NCBI GenBank assembly: GCA_963819375.1
Contig: CAWFVU010000010.1
Coordinates: 69,652-133,651 of the forward strand
Reading direction: 5' to 3'
From: an uncultured Pseudomonadota bacterium
Lineage (GTDB): Bacteria > Myxococcota_A > Polyangia > Fen-1088
Length of the DNA: 64,000 nt
Shown here: one piece after another, positions 26,181-38,211 of the stretch
Position numbering within the stretch: the stretch's first letter is position 1
How the letters are laid out: each line of letters starts with the position of its first letter
Made by a program: the position numbers and the translations under genes
Notes under the pieces: generated by a model
The model's database searches: none
What the model saw: only the letters and a program-made list of their open reading frames with translations
Told to the model about the DNA's origin: nothing

Positions 26181-28073
26181 ATGAAGGAACCCGCCCGCAC
26201 GCTGATCGGCGAAATCGAGCGGGTGGTTTCCGCCCTGCCGGACGCCGTGCTGTTTCGGGGCGCCGCGCCGGATGGGCTGGCCCGCTTCCAGTCGGTCATG
26301 GGGATGGCGCCCCCGCCTGGGCTGGCGGCCTTTCTGGCGGCGCACGACGGAGGTCTCCTCGGTCCTGAGACGCGGCTCCTCACGATGGACGAGGCGGTGG
26401 CGCGGGTCTCGGGCGCGCGCCGGACGCCGGGGATCTCGCACTGGCCGGCCGGGCTGTGGCCGATCGTCGATCGGGCAGGGCGCCGGTACGCGCTCGACGC
26501 CGAAGAGGCGAGCGGCGACGGCGAATGGCCGGTGGTCGAGGTCACCGAGCAGGGGGTCGATCGGGTCGGGACGTCGTGCTTGCGCTTCCTGCACGTCCTC
26601 TGCGCCGAGCTGGCGTCGGTCGGCGTGCCGGGCGAGTCGGCCATTTCTCTTTGCGAAGCGCGCTGCCATCGCGATCCGGGGCTGGCTGACCACTGGCTCG
26701 ACTTCGCCGAGCTGCTCGAGCCCGAAGGGCGAGCGGCGGAGATCGACGCGACGCTGGCGGCGGCGCTGCGCGCGGCGACGCCCCCCACGCCGGCGCTGAT
26801 GCTGGCGATCGGAATGCGCGCGGTGCGCGTCGGGGATCACGAGGGGGCGCTGCGGGCGTTCAGCGACGCCATCGCGCTCGAACCGATCGGCGCGCGCGAC
26901 GACGACGCGCGGCTCGACGCCGCCGCGCTGGTCTCGGTGCTGGCGGCCGAGCGGGGCGACACGGCCGCGGTCGCGGCGGCGCGGGCACTCCTTGGCGAGG
27001 CGACGGTCGCCACGGCGGCGTTCTGGCGTGGCGAAGCGCTGGCTGCGCTGGCCGAACGGTCCGAGCCACCTCCCGCTTCGAGCGATCCCACGGCCGCTCA
27101 ATCAAGTGATCCCATTTCAAAACGCCTGGAGACGGGCGAGCTCCGCTCGACCGGCTCCGTCGCGGGGGGCACCGGACCCTTCCAGGGTCCCATTTCGAAC
27201 GTCGGTGCATTGGCGGTCCGCATCGTGGCGGCGCTCGATCCGCTCGATCGCGATCTGGCCAAGCTGCGGGCGCCGACGCCGGCGCTGCGCGAGGGGCTCG
27301 CCCGGTTGCAGGCCGCGCGCGAGGAGCTCGAGGCGGGGCGCGCCGCGCAGGCCGCGCGCGACGCGCGGGCGGTCGCTGCTCTCCCGGCGTTGGCCGAGCT
27401 GGGCGCCGCGCAGGCTTTTCTCGCCGAGGCGCTCAACGCCGTGCGCGCGCCCGACGCGGCCGCGGTCGCCAAGCGCGCGATCGAGCTCAATCCGGCGCTG
27501 GTCGACGGATGGCGCGAGCTCGGCGACGCGGAGCTGGAGGCGGGACGCCTCAAAGAGGGCGAGGCGGCCTTCCGCCAGGTCGTGGCGATGGACGCCACCT
27601 ACGGGCTCGGCTACGCCAAGCTGGCGCAGGTGCTGCTCGAGCAGGGTCGGACGCTGGAGGCGCTGGAGGCGATCGGTGAGGCCGGCAGTCGTGGCGGCGA
27701 TCCGTTCTTCATCGCGGCGATCCGCGGCGACATCTACGCCGAGATGGAGCGCCACACGGACGCGGCGGACGCCTACGACCTGGCGCTGGCGTTCGAGCCC
27801 GACGATCACTGGGCGCTGCACCAGGCGGCGCTGGAACATGGATTCGCGGGCAACAGCTCGCGCGCCACGGAGCTGTTCGCCGCGGCGCTGCAGCACGATC
27901 GCGAGGGGTGTCACCAGACGTTGATCGACTATGGCGATCACCTGCGGCGCCTCGGGCGCATCGGCGACGCCGTCAGGCTCTACCGTAAGGCCGTGGCGGC
28001 CGTTCCTGGAGATCCTGAGTGGAAGCAGACGCTGCGCGAAGCTGAACGTGAACTTTTGGCTGCTCCGAACTGA
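26181..28073 (+). CDS. SMI1/KNR4-like N-terminal domain fused to TPR-repeat protein
   Basis: N-terminus [26 protein letters not shown]...EWPVVEV is SUKH/SMI1-like. C-terminal half has repeated A/L-rich TPR-like helices ([32 protein letters not shown]...). Confidence 0.6.
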   Translation: MKEPARTLIGEIERVVSALPDAVLFRGAAPDGLARFQSVMGMAPPPGLAAFLAAHDGGLLGPETRLLTMDEAVARVSGARRTPGISHWPAGLWPIVDRAGRRYALDAEEASGDGEWPVVEVTEQGVDRVGTSCLRFLHVLCAELASVGVPGESAISLCEARCHRDPGLADHWLDFAELLEPEGRAAEIDATLAAALRAATPPTPALMLAIGMRAVRVGDHEGALRAFSDAIALEPIGARDDDARLDAAALVSVLAAERGDTAAVAAARALLGEATVATAAFWRGEALAALAERSEPPPASSDPTAAQSSDPISKRLETGELRSTGSVAGGTGPFQGPISNVGALAVRIVAALDPLDRDLAKLRAPTPALREGLARLQAAREELEAGRAAQAARDARAVAALPALAELGAAQAFLAEALNAVRAPDAAAVAKRAIELNPALVDGWRELGDAELEAGRLKEGEAAFRQVVAMDATYGLGYAKLAQVLLEQGRTLEALEAIGEAGSRGGDPFFIAAIRGDIYAEMERHTDAADAYDLALAFEPDDHWALHQAALEHGFAGNSSRATELFAAALQHDREGCHQTLIDYGDHLRRLGRIGDAVRLYRKAVAAVPGDPEWKQTLREAERELLAAPN

Positions 28074-28117
28074 GCCAGCTGACGGCCCGACCGTCACTGT
28101 GTCAGGATAGGACGTTC

Positions 28118-29025
28118 ATGGATCACCTGGAGCAACTGGAACAACAAAGCGTTTACATCTTCCGGGAAGCGTTCCGTCACTTCGAGCGGCTCTGCATGTT
28201 GTGGTCGATCGGGAAGGACTCGACGGTTCTGCTCTGGCTGGCCCGCAAGGCGTTCTTCGGCCACATCCCGTTCCCGCTGGTCCACATCGACACCAGCTAC
28301 AAGCTCCCCGAGATGATCGCTTATCGCGACCGTCTGGCGCTGGAGTACAAGCTGCAGATGATCGTCGGCCAAAACAAGTCGGCGCTGGCGGCGCGGGACA
28401 CCTTCCCCGAGAAGTTCAAGGCGAACCCGAAGATGACCGCCGAGGAGCAGGCGACCGCGCGCACCGAGTGCTGCGGCAAGCTCAAGAGCGGCGCGCTGGC
28501 CGCCACGCTGCACGGCACCGGCGAGCGGATGCGGATGAACCTCAAGACCGGCCAGTACGAGGTCGATCCCGATCGCGCCCCCTACACCGGTGTCATCGTC
28601 GGCGCCCGCGCCGACGAGGAAGGGAGCCGCTCGAAGGAGCGCTACTTCTCGCCGCGCGACAAGAACGACGACTGGGACGTCGGCGATCAGCCGCCCGAGT
28701 TCTGGAACCAGTTCAAGACCGACTTCGCGCCGGGGACGCACGTGCGCATCCACCCGCTGCTCGACTGGACCGAGCTGAACATCTGGGAGTACATCAAGCG
28801 GGAGAACATCCCGACGGTGTCGCTCTACTACGACCAGGGGTCGGGGACGCGCTACCGCAGCCTCGGCTGCGGCCCCTGTCAGTCGCCCATCAAGAGCACG
28901 TCAAAAAATGTTGACGACATTATTGTTGAGCTCAAGAGCGGCTCGCTGCGGAACATCGCCGAGCGCTCGGGCCGCCTGCAGGACGGGAAGCACGGTCTGG
29001 AAGAGCTGCGCCGCAAGGGGTACAT

Positions 29026-29029
<4 letters not shown>
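28118..29029 (+). CDS. cysD: sulfate adenylyltransferase subunit 2
   Basis: [13 protein letters not shown]... and PP-loop [10 protein letters not shown], plus [15 protein letters not shown]. Confidence 0.95.
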
Positions 29030-30849
<1,820 letters not shown>

Positions 30850-30867
30850 CCGGCGCGCGACGCTTCC

Positions 30868-31462
30868 TCAGTGCGCGCTGGCGGTCTCGGTCGGCGCGAG
30901 GAAGTAGCGGTCCTCGTACCCGGCCAAGGCGCCGAGCGCGCCGCCGACCGCGGCGCCGATCAGCGCGGCGACACCCCCGATCTTCAGTCCCCGGACGGTC
31001 GTGTTGGGGGGCGGCGGACAGCCGCCGCCCGTGCTGGGCTTGTCGCACAGCGGCCCCGGATCGAACTCCTTTCCGAAGATGAACCCGAGGCCGAAGGAGA
31101 GGATACCGACCCCCAGCGCGCCGTTCCGCGCGCCGTGCAGGCGATCGACCGTGCTCAGCGATCGGACCCGGTCGTACGAGAATCAACTGGGGTGGACCCT
31201 CGCCAGTCGAGACCTTCAGGCCCTCCGCCGTCGCAACGGTCACCCCGTAAGAGGGCGTCAGCTCGGGCGGACCGGGCAGGGGCACCACCTCCACGGTCGT
31301 GCCGGGCCGCGCCGCGAGCGCGTCGAGCTGGGCCACCGTTCCGGGATCGGCGGACGGTCCGAGAGCGTGCGTCGACGAGCAGGCCCCTCCGCCGAGCGCC
31401 GTCATGACCGCGAAGGCGAGACAAAAATGTCCGGGCGCAGACCGGTGCTGTTTGTCCCTCAT
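30868..31462 (-). pseudogene. Gly-zipper lipoprotein, reading frame broken near 31170-31185 (frameshift or sequence error)
   Basis: N-terminus MRDKQHRS...FAVMTALGGGACSS (lipobox) lies in the frame of ORF 30830..31540. Homology to the downstream paralog continues in another frame (SLSTVDRLHGARNGALGVGILSFGLG...GALGALAGYEDRYFL, stop at 30868). The in-frame Arg-rich tail is antisense-type junk. Confidence 0.6.
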
Positions 31463-31529
31463 TTGGCGGCGAGCGCCCAAGCCGCGCGGGACCAAACGTT
31501 CGTCTCCAGAGGGCATCTGCAGCCGCAAA

Positions 31530-32180
31530 TCATAGGGCACCGCGCGGGGGAGAGCCCGCGCGGCCCCCGGCCATACCGACAGTTCCGTCGTCGACTCCGC
31601 TCGTCACCTGGTAGCGATCCTCGTGGCCGGCGACGGCGCCCACGACGGCTCCGACGGCCGCCGCCGCTATCGCGACGACCGCTCCGTACTCCAGCGCGCG
31701 CACCGGCGCCGACGTCCGCGGGGCCGCGTCGTCGGCGGCACCGGTGTCGACCCCTGACACCACGGCACCTGTGATCGCGCCCAGAGCGAACCCCACGAGG
31801 CCGGCACCGATGGCGCCGTCGCGCGCGCCCTGCGCTCGGTTGAAGGTGCTCACTGACTCGAGCTGCACGAGGGGGACGGGGGCCGACCCCGCGCGATCGG
31901 CCAGCAACAATGTCCCCGGCGCGTGTCCAACCACGGCGTAGATGGCGGTCAGGGGATCGAGTGGCGCGGGTGGCGCCTTCACGACTGCGAAGGTCCGCGG
32001 CTGGTCCGCCGTCGCGTCGAGCGCGCGCAGGACGTCTGGGTCGGCCACTGACCCCACCCGATAGGTCGTCGTGCACGACGCCAGCCCGACCGCCCCGACG
32101 ATCAGAGCCAAACAGCGACAAGATTGTCCGGGTTTTTTCGGCGGGCGCGGGTTTCTACGGGGAAAAACCATGGGATACAT
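31530..32180 (-). CDS. Gly-zipper lipoprotein (paralog of 30868..31462)
   Basis: ATG at 32180. Lipobox VGLASC. ...STFNRAQGARDGAIGAGLVGFALG...GAVVGAVAGHEDRYQV. This is the only plausibly coding part of ORF 31530..33500. Confidence 0.65.
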   Translation of the reverse strand: MYPMVFPRRNPRPPKKPGQSCRCLALIVGAVGLASCTTTYRVGSVADPDVLRALDATADQPRTFAVVKAPPAPLDPLTAIYAVVGHAPGTLLLADRAGSAPVPLVQLESVSTFNRAQGARDGAIGAGLVGFALGAITGAVVSGVDTGAADDAAPRTSAPVRALEYGAVVAIAAAAVGAVVGAVAGHEDRYQVTSGVDDGTVGMAGGRAGSPPRGAL

Positions 32181-32267
32181 TCCAATCGTGCAAGTGCTCT
32201 GCCAGCGCTCGAGACGGCGGGCGATCCTTGCATCTGTCCACGTTCCGGTGTGACAGAGTACGCGCCG

Positions 32268-34666
32268 ATGAACCCGGAGACTTCGATGCCGGCGGAAGGG
32301 CCAAGCCGACCCGCGCCGTTTTCGCCCGAGGTGTTGGCGCGCGAGCTGAACCCGGCGCAGCTGGAGGCCGTGTTGCGCCCTCCCGGGCCGATGGTCGTGG
32401 TGGCTGGCGCCGGCTCGGGCAAGACGCGCGTCATCACCTATCGGCTGGCGCGTCTGGTGGCGACGGGGGCCGACCCGCGCCGCATCGTCGCCGTCACCTT
32501 CACCAACAAGGCGGCCGGCGAGCTGCGCGAGCGGGTCGACAAGCTGCTCTGGGAGCGGATGAAGGTCGGCAGCCGCGGCCTGTGGGTCGGGACGTTCCAC
32601 GCCATCTCGGCGCGCATCCTGCGCCAGTGGGGCGAGGCGGTCGGGCTGCGCAAGGACTTCGTCATCTACGACGACGACGATCAGAAGCGGCTGCTCGGGC
32701 GGGTGCTCACCGACCTCAAGGTCCCCGAGCGGATGTTCCCGGTGCGGCAGGTGCTGTCGGCGATCGATCGCGCCAAGAACAATGGGACGACGGCGGACTC
32801 GTTCAACTCGGACGACTACTTCGACGACGTGATCGGCAAGGCCTACAAGCTGTACGAGGAGCGGCTGGCGGCGGCGAACGCCACCGACTTCGGCGGGTTG
32901 TTGATGAAGACGCTGCAGCTCGTCGCCGGCGAGACGCCCGCCGCGCAAGAGATCGCCCAGCGCTTCGACCACGTGCTGGTCGACGAGTTCCAGGACACCA
33001 ACAGCGTGCAGTACCGTCTGGTACGCCTCCTGTCGCGGCAGACCGGCAGCATCACCGTCGTCGGCGACGAGGACCAGTCGATCTACCGCTGGCGCGGCGC
33101 CGACATCCGCAACATCCTCGACTTCGAGCGCGACCACCCGGGCGCCTTCGTGGTGAAGCTGGAGCAGAACTACCGCTCCACCGGCAACATCCTGCGCGCC
33201 GCCAACGCCATCATCGAGAAGAACAGCGAAAGGCGCCCGAAGCGTCTTTTCACGGAGTCGGGCGCCGGCGATCCGCTGATCGTCTTCGAGGGGGAGACCG
33301 AGCGCGACGAGGCGGAGTTCGTCGCGTCGCGGATCGAGGAGGCGCTGTCGACCACGCTGGCGCCGCGCGACTTCGCGGTCTTCTACCGGACCAACGCCCA
33401 GTCGCGCGTGCTGGAAGACGCGCTGCGCGCGCGCGATCTGCCCTATTCGGTGGTCGGGTGGCACGCGCTTCTTCGACCGCGCCGAGATCAAGAACCTCAT
33501 CAGCTACCTGCGTGCCATCGCCAACCCCGACGACGGCCTGGCGCTGCAGCGGATCATCAACGTCCCGGCACGCGGGATCGGCTCGACCACCACCGATCGG
33601 ATCGGCGATCTCATCTACGAGCGCAAGATCTCCGCCTGGCAGACGCTGGAGCTGGTCTCGACGGACGAGCAGCTTCTTGGTGCTGGACCGCGCAAGAAGG
33701 TCACGGCCTTCGTCGAGTTGATGCGCAAGCTGCGCCTCGAGGGCGCCGGCCTCGGTCCGGCGTCGCTGGCCGAGAAGGTGCTGGAAGAGAGCGGCTACCG
33801 GGACGCCCTGGCGGGCGAGGCGACGCTGGAGGCCGAGGGGCGGATCGAGAATCTGCTCGAGCTCGTGGCGCAGATGCGCGAGTACGAGCGCGAGGCGGAG
33901 GAGCCGACGCTGCACGGATTTCTCGAGCGGGTGGCGCTCGCCTCCGACGTCGACGGCTACGATCCCGAAAAGGGGGCCGTCTCGCTCATGACGGTCCACA
34001 CCGCGAAGGGGCTGGAGTTTCCGGTCGTCTTTCTCACCGGCCTCGAGGAGCGCATCTTCCCGCACGCCCGCAGCGTCGACGACGATTCGGCCGTCGAAGA
34101 AGAGCGCCGCCTCTGCTACGTGGCGGTCACGCGCGCCCGCACGCTGCTGCACCTGTCGCGCGTGCGCCGGCGCCGGCTCTCGGGGCAGGAGCTGCCCGGG
34201 ATTCCCAGCCGCTTCCTGCGCGACCTGCCGCTCGAAGGCGTCGAGCAGATCATCACGGCGCGCCCACCCGAGTACGGCGCCTACGGCTCGAGCGAGGGGC
34301 GCGGCCCCTGGGGCGGCCGCTGGAGCCGCGACGAAGAACCCGACCCCTACGCGCAACGCTCCGAATTCGCGCACATGCCGCCGGGGCGCTCGCGCCCTCC
34401 CGCGGCCGGACCGGCCTTGCCGCGCGCGGCAGCCTCTCGCGCGGCAGCCCCACAGATCAAAGCCTGGCGAGATCGTCGTCGAGTACGACACCGACGACTC
34501 CGCGGCGGGTCCGGGCCTGCAGGTCGGCGTCAAGCTGCGCCACCCTTCGTTCGGCATCGGCGAGGTGCGCGCCTGGCAGGGGACGGGCGCCGACCTCAAG
34601 GTGACGATGAAGTTCGCGGGCGCCGGCGTGAAGACGATCCTCGCGCGCTTCCTCTCCCAGCCGTGA
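32268..34666 (+). pseudogene. uvrD: UvrD/PcrA-type ATP-dependent DNA helicase interrupted by two apparent +1 frame changes
   Basis: ATG at 32268. Walker A AGAGSGKT and motifs up to YRTNAQSR...LPYSVVG in frame 1. After the extra t near 33459 the helicase continues in frame 2 (G)[24 protein letters not shown]...TVHTAKGLEFPVVF...VAVTRAR. The C-terminal Tudor-like end (KLRHPSFGIGEV...TILARFLSQP, stop at 34666) is in frame 3. Confidence 0.8.
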
Positions 34667-34749
34667 CCGCGGTCGCCCACGGCGGGGCGGCGTTTTTCGG
34701 GTGACTAAGGTTACTCAGCGAGACTCCCGATAGGCGGTAAACTCCTCCC

Positions 34750-35331
34750 ATGACAGCCCTCAGCCTCTCGTTCGCCCTGGTCGCAACCGTCCTCTCTCCT
34801 CCGGCGTCGCCCTCGCGTCACGCGGTCGGCCCCGCCCCGGCGCTGGTCGCGCAGGCCGGCTATCCCCCGCCGCCCCCGCCGCAAGCCGAGGCCGTCCCGC
34901 CGCCCCGCGCGGGCTGGGTCTGGGTCCCCGGCTTTCACGAGTGGCGCGGCCGCCGCTATGTCTGGGTCCCCGGCCGCTGGGAGCACGAGCGCCGCGGCCG
35001 CATGTGGCGCGCTCCGCACTGGGAGATGCGCGACGGGCGTCAGTTCTGGGTTCGCGGTGAGTGGGTCGAGGCCGGTCCGCCTCCCGCGCCCATGCCCCCA
35101 CCGCAGCCCCAGTACGTCGAGCCGCCGCCGCCCCCGGCGCCGCACGTCGAGGTGATGCCCGCGCCTCGTCCCGGCTGGGTCTGGATCCCCGGCCAGCACG
35201 AATGGCGCGACGGACGTTACATGTGGGTCCCCGGCCGCTGGGAGCACGAGCGCCGCGGCCGCATGTGGCGCGCCGGCCACTGGGAGCGCCGCGAAGGCCG
35301 CCAGGTCTGGATCGAAGGCGAGTGGCGCTAG
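34750..35331 (+). CDS. secreted WXXGXW/YXWGXW-repeat protein with internal duplication
   Basis: Signal-like N-terminus, Pro-rich linkers, and two about 55-aa repeats GWVW(V/I)PG.HEWR..RY.WVPGRWEHERRGRMWRA.HWE.R.GRQ.W..GEW. Confidence 0.7.
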   Translation: MTALSLSFALVATVLSPPASPSRHAVGPAPALVAQAGYPPPPPPQAEAVPPPRAGWVWVPGFHEWRGRRYVWVPGRWEHERRGRMWRAPHWEMRDGRQFWVRGEWVEAGPPPAPMPPPQPQYVEPPPPPAPHVEVMPAPRPGWVWIPGQHEWRDGRYMWVPGRWEHERRGRMWRAGHWERREGRQVWIEGEWR

Positions 35332-35332
35332 A

Positions 35333-36346
35333 CTAGCGGATCAGCGTCAGCTTCGAGCTGCGCTTGCCGGTCTCCGGCGACGGACTGTTCTTCACGGAGA
35401 GCTGACAGGCGACGTCGGAGGCGATGCGGGCGAAGATCTCGGCGACCTTGGACTTCGGGTCGCGGATGACGGCGGGGGTTCCTTCGTCGCCGGCGCGGCT
35501 GATGGACGGCTCGAGCGGGATCTCGCCCAGGAACTTCAGGCCGGCGCGCTCGGCCAGCTTGCGGCCGCCGCCGCGCAGGAAGATCTCCTCGTGGTGGCCG
35601 CAGCTCGGGCAGACGAAGCCGCTCATGTTCTCGACCAGGCCCAGCACTGGCACCTCGACGCGCGTCCACATCGACAGCGCCTTCTCGACGTCGATCACCG
35701 ACACCTCCTGCGGCGTCGTCACCATCACCGCGCCCGTGATCGGCAGGAGCTGCGAGAGCGAGAGCTGCGCGTCGCCGGTCCCCGGGGGCAGGTCGACGAT
35801 CAGGTAGTCGAGCTCGCCCCAGTGCACGTCCTCGATGAACTGCTGGAGCAGCTTGTGGACCATCGGCCCGCGCCAGATGACGGCGCCACCGCGCTCGACG
35901 AAGAAGCCGATCGACACCACGCGCATGCCGTGGTGGATCGCCGGGACGATCTTGTTGCCGGTGTCGATCCGCCCAGGGACCTCGGGCTCGCCCATCATCT
36001 GCGGGATCGACGGGCCGTAGACGTCGGCGTCCATGATGCCGACGGTGGCCCCCTGGCGCGCCAACGCCGCGGCCAGGTTGGTGCTGACCGTCGACTTGCC
36101 GACACCCCCTTTGCCGGCCGCGACGGCGATGATGTTCTTCACGCCCGGCAGCCGCGGGTTGTCGGGGCGGTTCGCGCGGCCGCGGACCTTGGCGGTGACC
36201 GTCACGTCGACGCCGGCGATTCCAGGGACGCGCCCGACCGCCTGCTCGACGGCGCGCACGATCTCGTCCCGCGACGGGCAGGCCGGGGTGGTCAGCTCGA
36301 CGCCGATCTGCGCGCGGTCACCCGCGAGCTCGACGCCCGAGATCAT
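35333..36346 (-). CDS. apbC: Mrp/NBP35-family iron-sulfur cluster carrier ATPase
   Basis: Deviant Walker A GKGGVGKST, CPSCGHH motif, N-terminal DUF59-type LTTPACP. DUF59 homology continues upstream of the first ATG to an ATT at 36438 (see findings). Confidence 0.9.
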   Translation of the reverse strand: MISGVELAGDRAQIGVELTTPACPSRDEIVRAVEQAVGRVPGIAGVDVTVTAKVRGRANRPDNPRLPGVKNIIAVAAGKGGVGKSTVSTNLAAALARQGATVGIMDADVYGPSIPQMMGEPEVPGRIDTGNKIVPAIHHGMRVVSIGFFVERGGAVIWRGPMVHKLLQQFIEDVHWGELDYLIVDLPPGTGDAQLSLSQLLPITGAVMVTTPQEVSVIDVEKALSMWTRVEVPVLGLVENMSGFVCPSCGHHEEIFLRGGGRKLAERAGLKFLGEIPLEPSISRAGDEGTPAVIRDPKSKVAEIFARIASDVACQLSVKNSPSPETGKRSSKLTLIR

Positions 36347-36508
36347 CCCCGCCGAGACGAGGTCGATCTTGAGGGCCGGATCCTGGACCTCGGCCAGAGC
36401 GGCGTTGACGGACTGTCTGATTTCTTCGACGGTAGGAATGCGCGAAGCCTGCCGAACTTGCGCCCGCGGCGCTAGCGTTTTCGCCGCGCCGAGCGATCTC
36501 CGCGAGCG

Positions 36509-37174
36509 CTACCCCTTGCGGGCGCGGGCCGAGGCCAGCGCGTGGAGCTGGCCGGGCTGGTCGGGGTGGTGCCCCATCTTGCGCCGTTTGACGGCCAGGT
36601 AGGTGGCGTTGTGCTGGTTCTCGCCCACCCAGTGCGCAAGGCGCGAGGCGACGTTTACACCGGCGGCGCGCAGCCCCGCCACCTTCAGCGGGTTGTTGGT
36701 CAGCAGGCGAATCGAACGGACGTCGAGGTCGGCCAGGATCGCCGCCGCCAGATCATACCGGCGGGAATCGGCCTCGAAGCCGAGCGCCAGGTTCGCCTCG
36801 ACCGTGTCGGCGCCCCCGTTCTGCAGCGCATAGGCGCGAACCTTGTTGCCGAGCCCGATGCCGCGCCCCTCCTGACGGAGGTAGACGACGACACCGGCCC
36901 CCTCGGCCGCGATCCGCTCGAGCGCGGCGTCGAGCTGCTCGCGGCAGTCGCACTTGAGCGACCCGATCACCTCCGAGGTCCAGCACTCCGAGTGCACACG
37001 GCAGAGCACGTTGCTGGCGCCGCCGATGTCGCCGCGCACGATGGCCATGTGCTCCTCGACCGTGGACGATTCGCTCCGGGCGTCCGCGGAATCGCGGTAG
37101 ACGACCAGGCGAAACAGCCCATGCGCGGTGGGAAGCTCAGCGTCTGCGTATCTGATGAGGCTCATTCTGACCAA
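36509..37174 (-). CDS. ribA: GTP cyclohydrolase II
   Basis: VHSECWTSEVIGSLKCDCREQL zinc motif and YLRQEGRGIGLGNKVRAYALQ. Confidence 0.9.
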   Translation of the reverse strand: MVRMSLIRYADAELPTAHGLFRLVVYRDSADARSESSTVEEHMAIVRGDIGGASNVLCRVHSECWTSEVIGSLKCDCREQLDAALERIAAEGAGVVVYLRQEGRGIGLGNKVRAYALQNGGADTVEANLALGFEADSRRYDLAAAILADLDVRSIRLLTNNPLKVAGLRAAGVNVASRLAHWVGENQHNATYLAVKRRKMGHHPDQPGQLHALASARARKG

Positions 37175-37257
37175 TTAGATGGACGAAGGGGCGGGACGTT
37201 ACTGCAGAGTTCCGCCCGGTTGCGCGATTTTTTCCTGGGTGTCATCTTATAGCCAAC

Positions 37258-37815
37258 ATGGCGACGCGGCCCATTGTGCGCTTCCCGGATCCTCAACTGC
37301 GCGACCGATCCTCCCAGATCGAGGCGGTCGACGACGACCTGCGTCAGCTGGTGGCCGATATGGCCGAGACGATGGTGGCGGCCGAGGGGGCCGGGCTGGC
37401 GGCGATTCAGGTTGGCGCGCCAGTTCGCCTCTTCATCGTCGATGGGCATGTGGCGGGGGGGTCCGAGGACGCGCCCGCCAAGGTCTTCATCAATCCCGAG
37501 ATCGTGGAGATCTCCGACGAGGCCCAGACGGGCGACGAGGGGTGCCTGTCGTTCCCCAACATCTTCGTCCCTGTGAAGCGCGGCCTGCGCGCGCGGGTGC
37601 GGGCGATGGATCTCGACGGGCAGATCTTCGAGGCCGAAGGGGAGGGGCTGTTCGCGCGGGCGCTTCAGCACGAGACCGATCACCTGAACGGCAAGCTGCT
37701 CATCGATCAGGTCGGGCCGGTCAAGCGCGAGATCATCAAGCGCAAGCTGCGCAAGGATCTCGAGGCAGAGCGGGAAGAGGCGGCCGAGCGGGAGCCGGCG
37801 CGCGCGGCGCGCTAG
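37258..37815 (+). CDS. def: peptide deformylase
   Basis: Motifs GLAAIQVG, EGCLSFP, HETDHLNG. Confidence 0.95.
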   Translation: MATRPIVRFPDPQLRDRSSQIEAVDDDLRQLVADMAETMVAAEGAGLAAIQVGAPVRLFIVDGHVAGGSEDAPAKVFINPEIVEISDEAQTGDEGCLSFPNIFVPVKRGLRARVRAMDLDGQIFEAEGEGLFARALQHETDHLNGKLLIDQVGPVKREIIKRKLRKDLEAEREEAAEREPARAAR

Positions 37816-37839
37816 CGTCCAGGCGGCCTCGCTTTTCCC

Positions 37840-38211
37840 ATGCTGACCATCGCCCTTTCGCGACTCGAATTCGACGGACGCCACGGCGCCACGGCGATCG
37901 AGCGCCGCACGCTGCGCAAGTTCGAGGTCGACGTCGAGCTGGAGGTCGAGACGGTGGCCGCCGAGCAGACCGACCGTCTGACCGACACCGTCGACTACAG
38001 CAAGGTGGCGGAGCTGATTGTCGGCATCGGCGTGGGCGAGCCGCACCACATGCTCGAATCGCTGGCGCGGCGGATGACCGACAACCTGCGGGCGCGTTTT
38101 CCGTCGGTGCGCGGGGTGCGGCTGGCGTTGCGCAAGCTGAACCCACCAAGCTGCCCCGGACACCCGGCCTACGCCGAGGTCCGGATCGTCACGAGCTGGG
38201 CCAAGAGCTAG
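37840..38211 (+). CDS. folB: dihydroneopterin aldolase
   Basis: 123 aa. LEFDGRHGATAIERRTLRKFEVDVEL...DTVDYSKVAELI is a typical FolB pattern. Confidence 0.8.
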   Translation: MLTIALSRLEFDGRHGATAIERRTLRKFEVDVELEVETVAAEQTDRLTDTVDYSKVAELIVGIGVGEPHHMLESLARRMTDNLRARFPSVRGVRLALRKLNPPSCPGHPAYAEVRIVTSWAKS

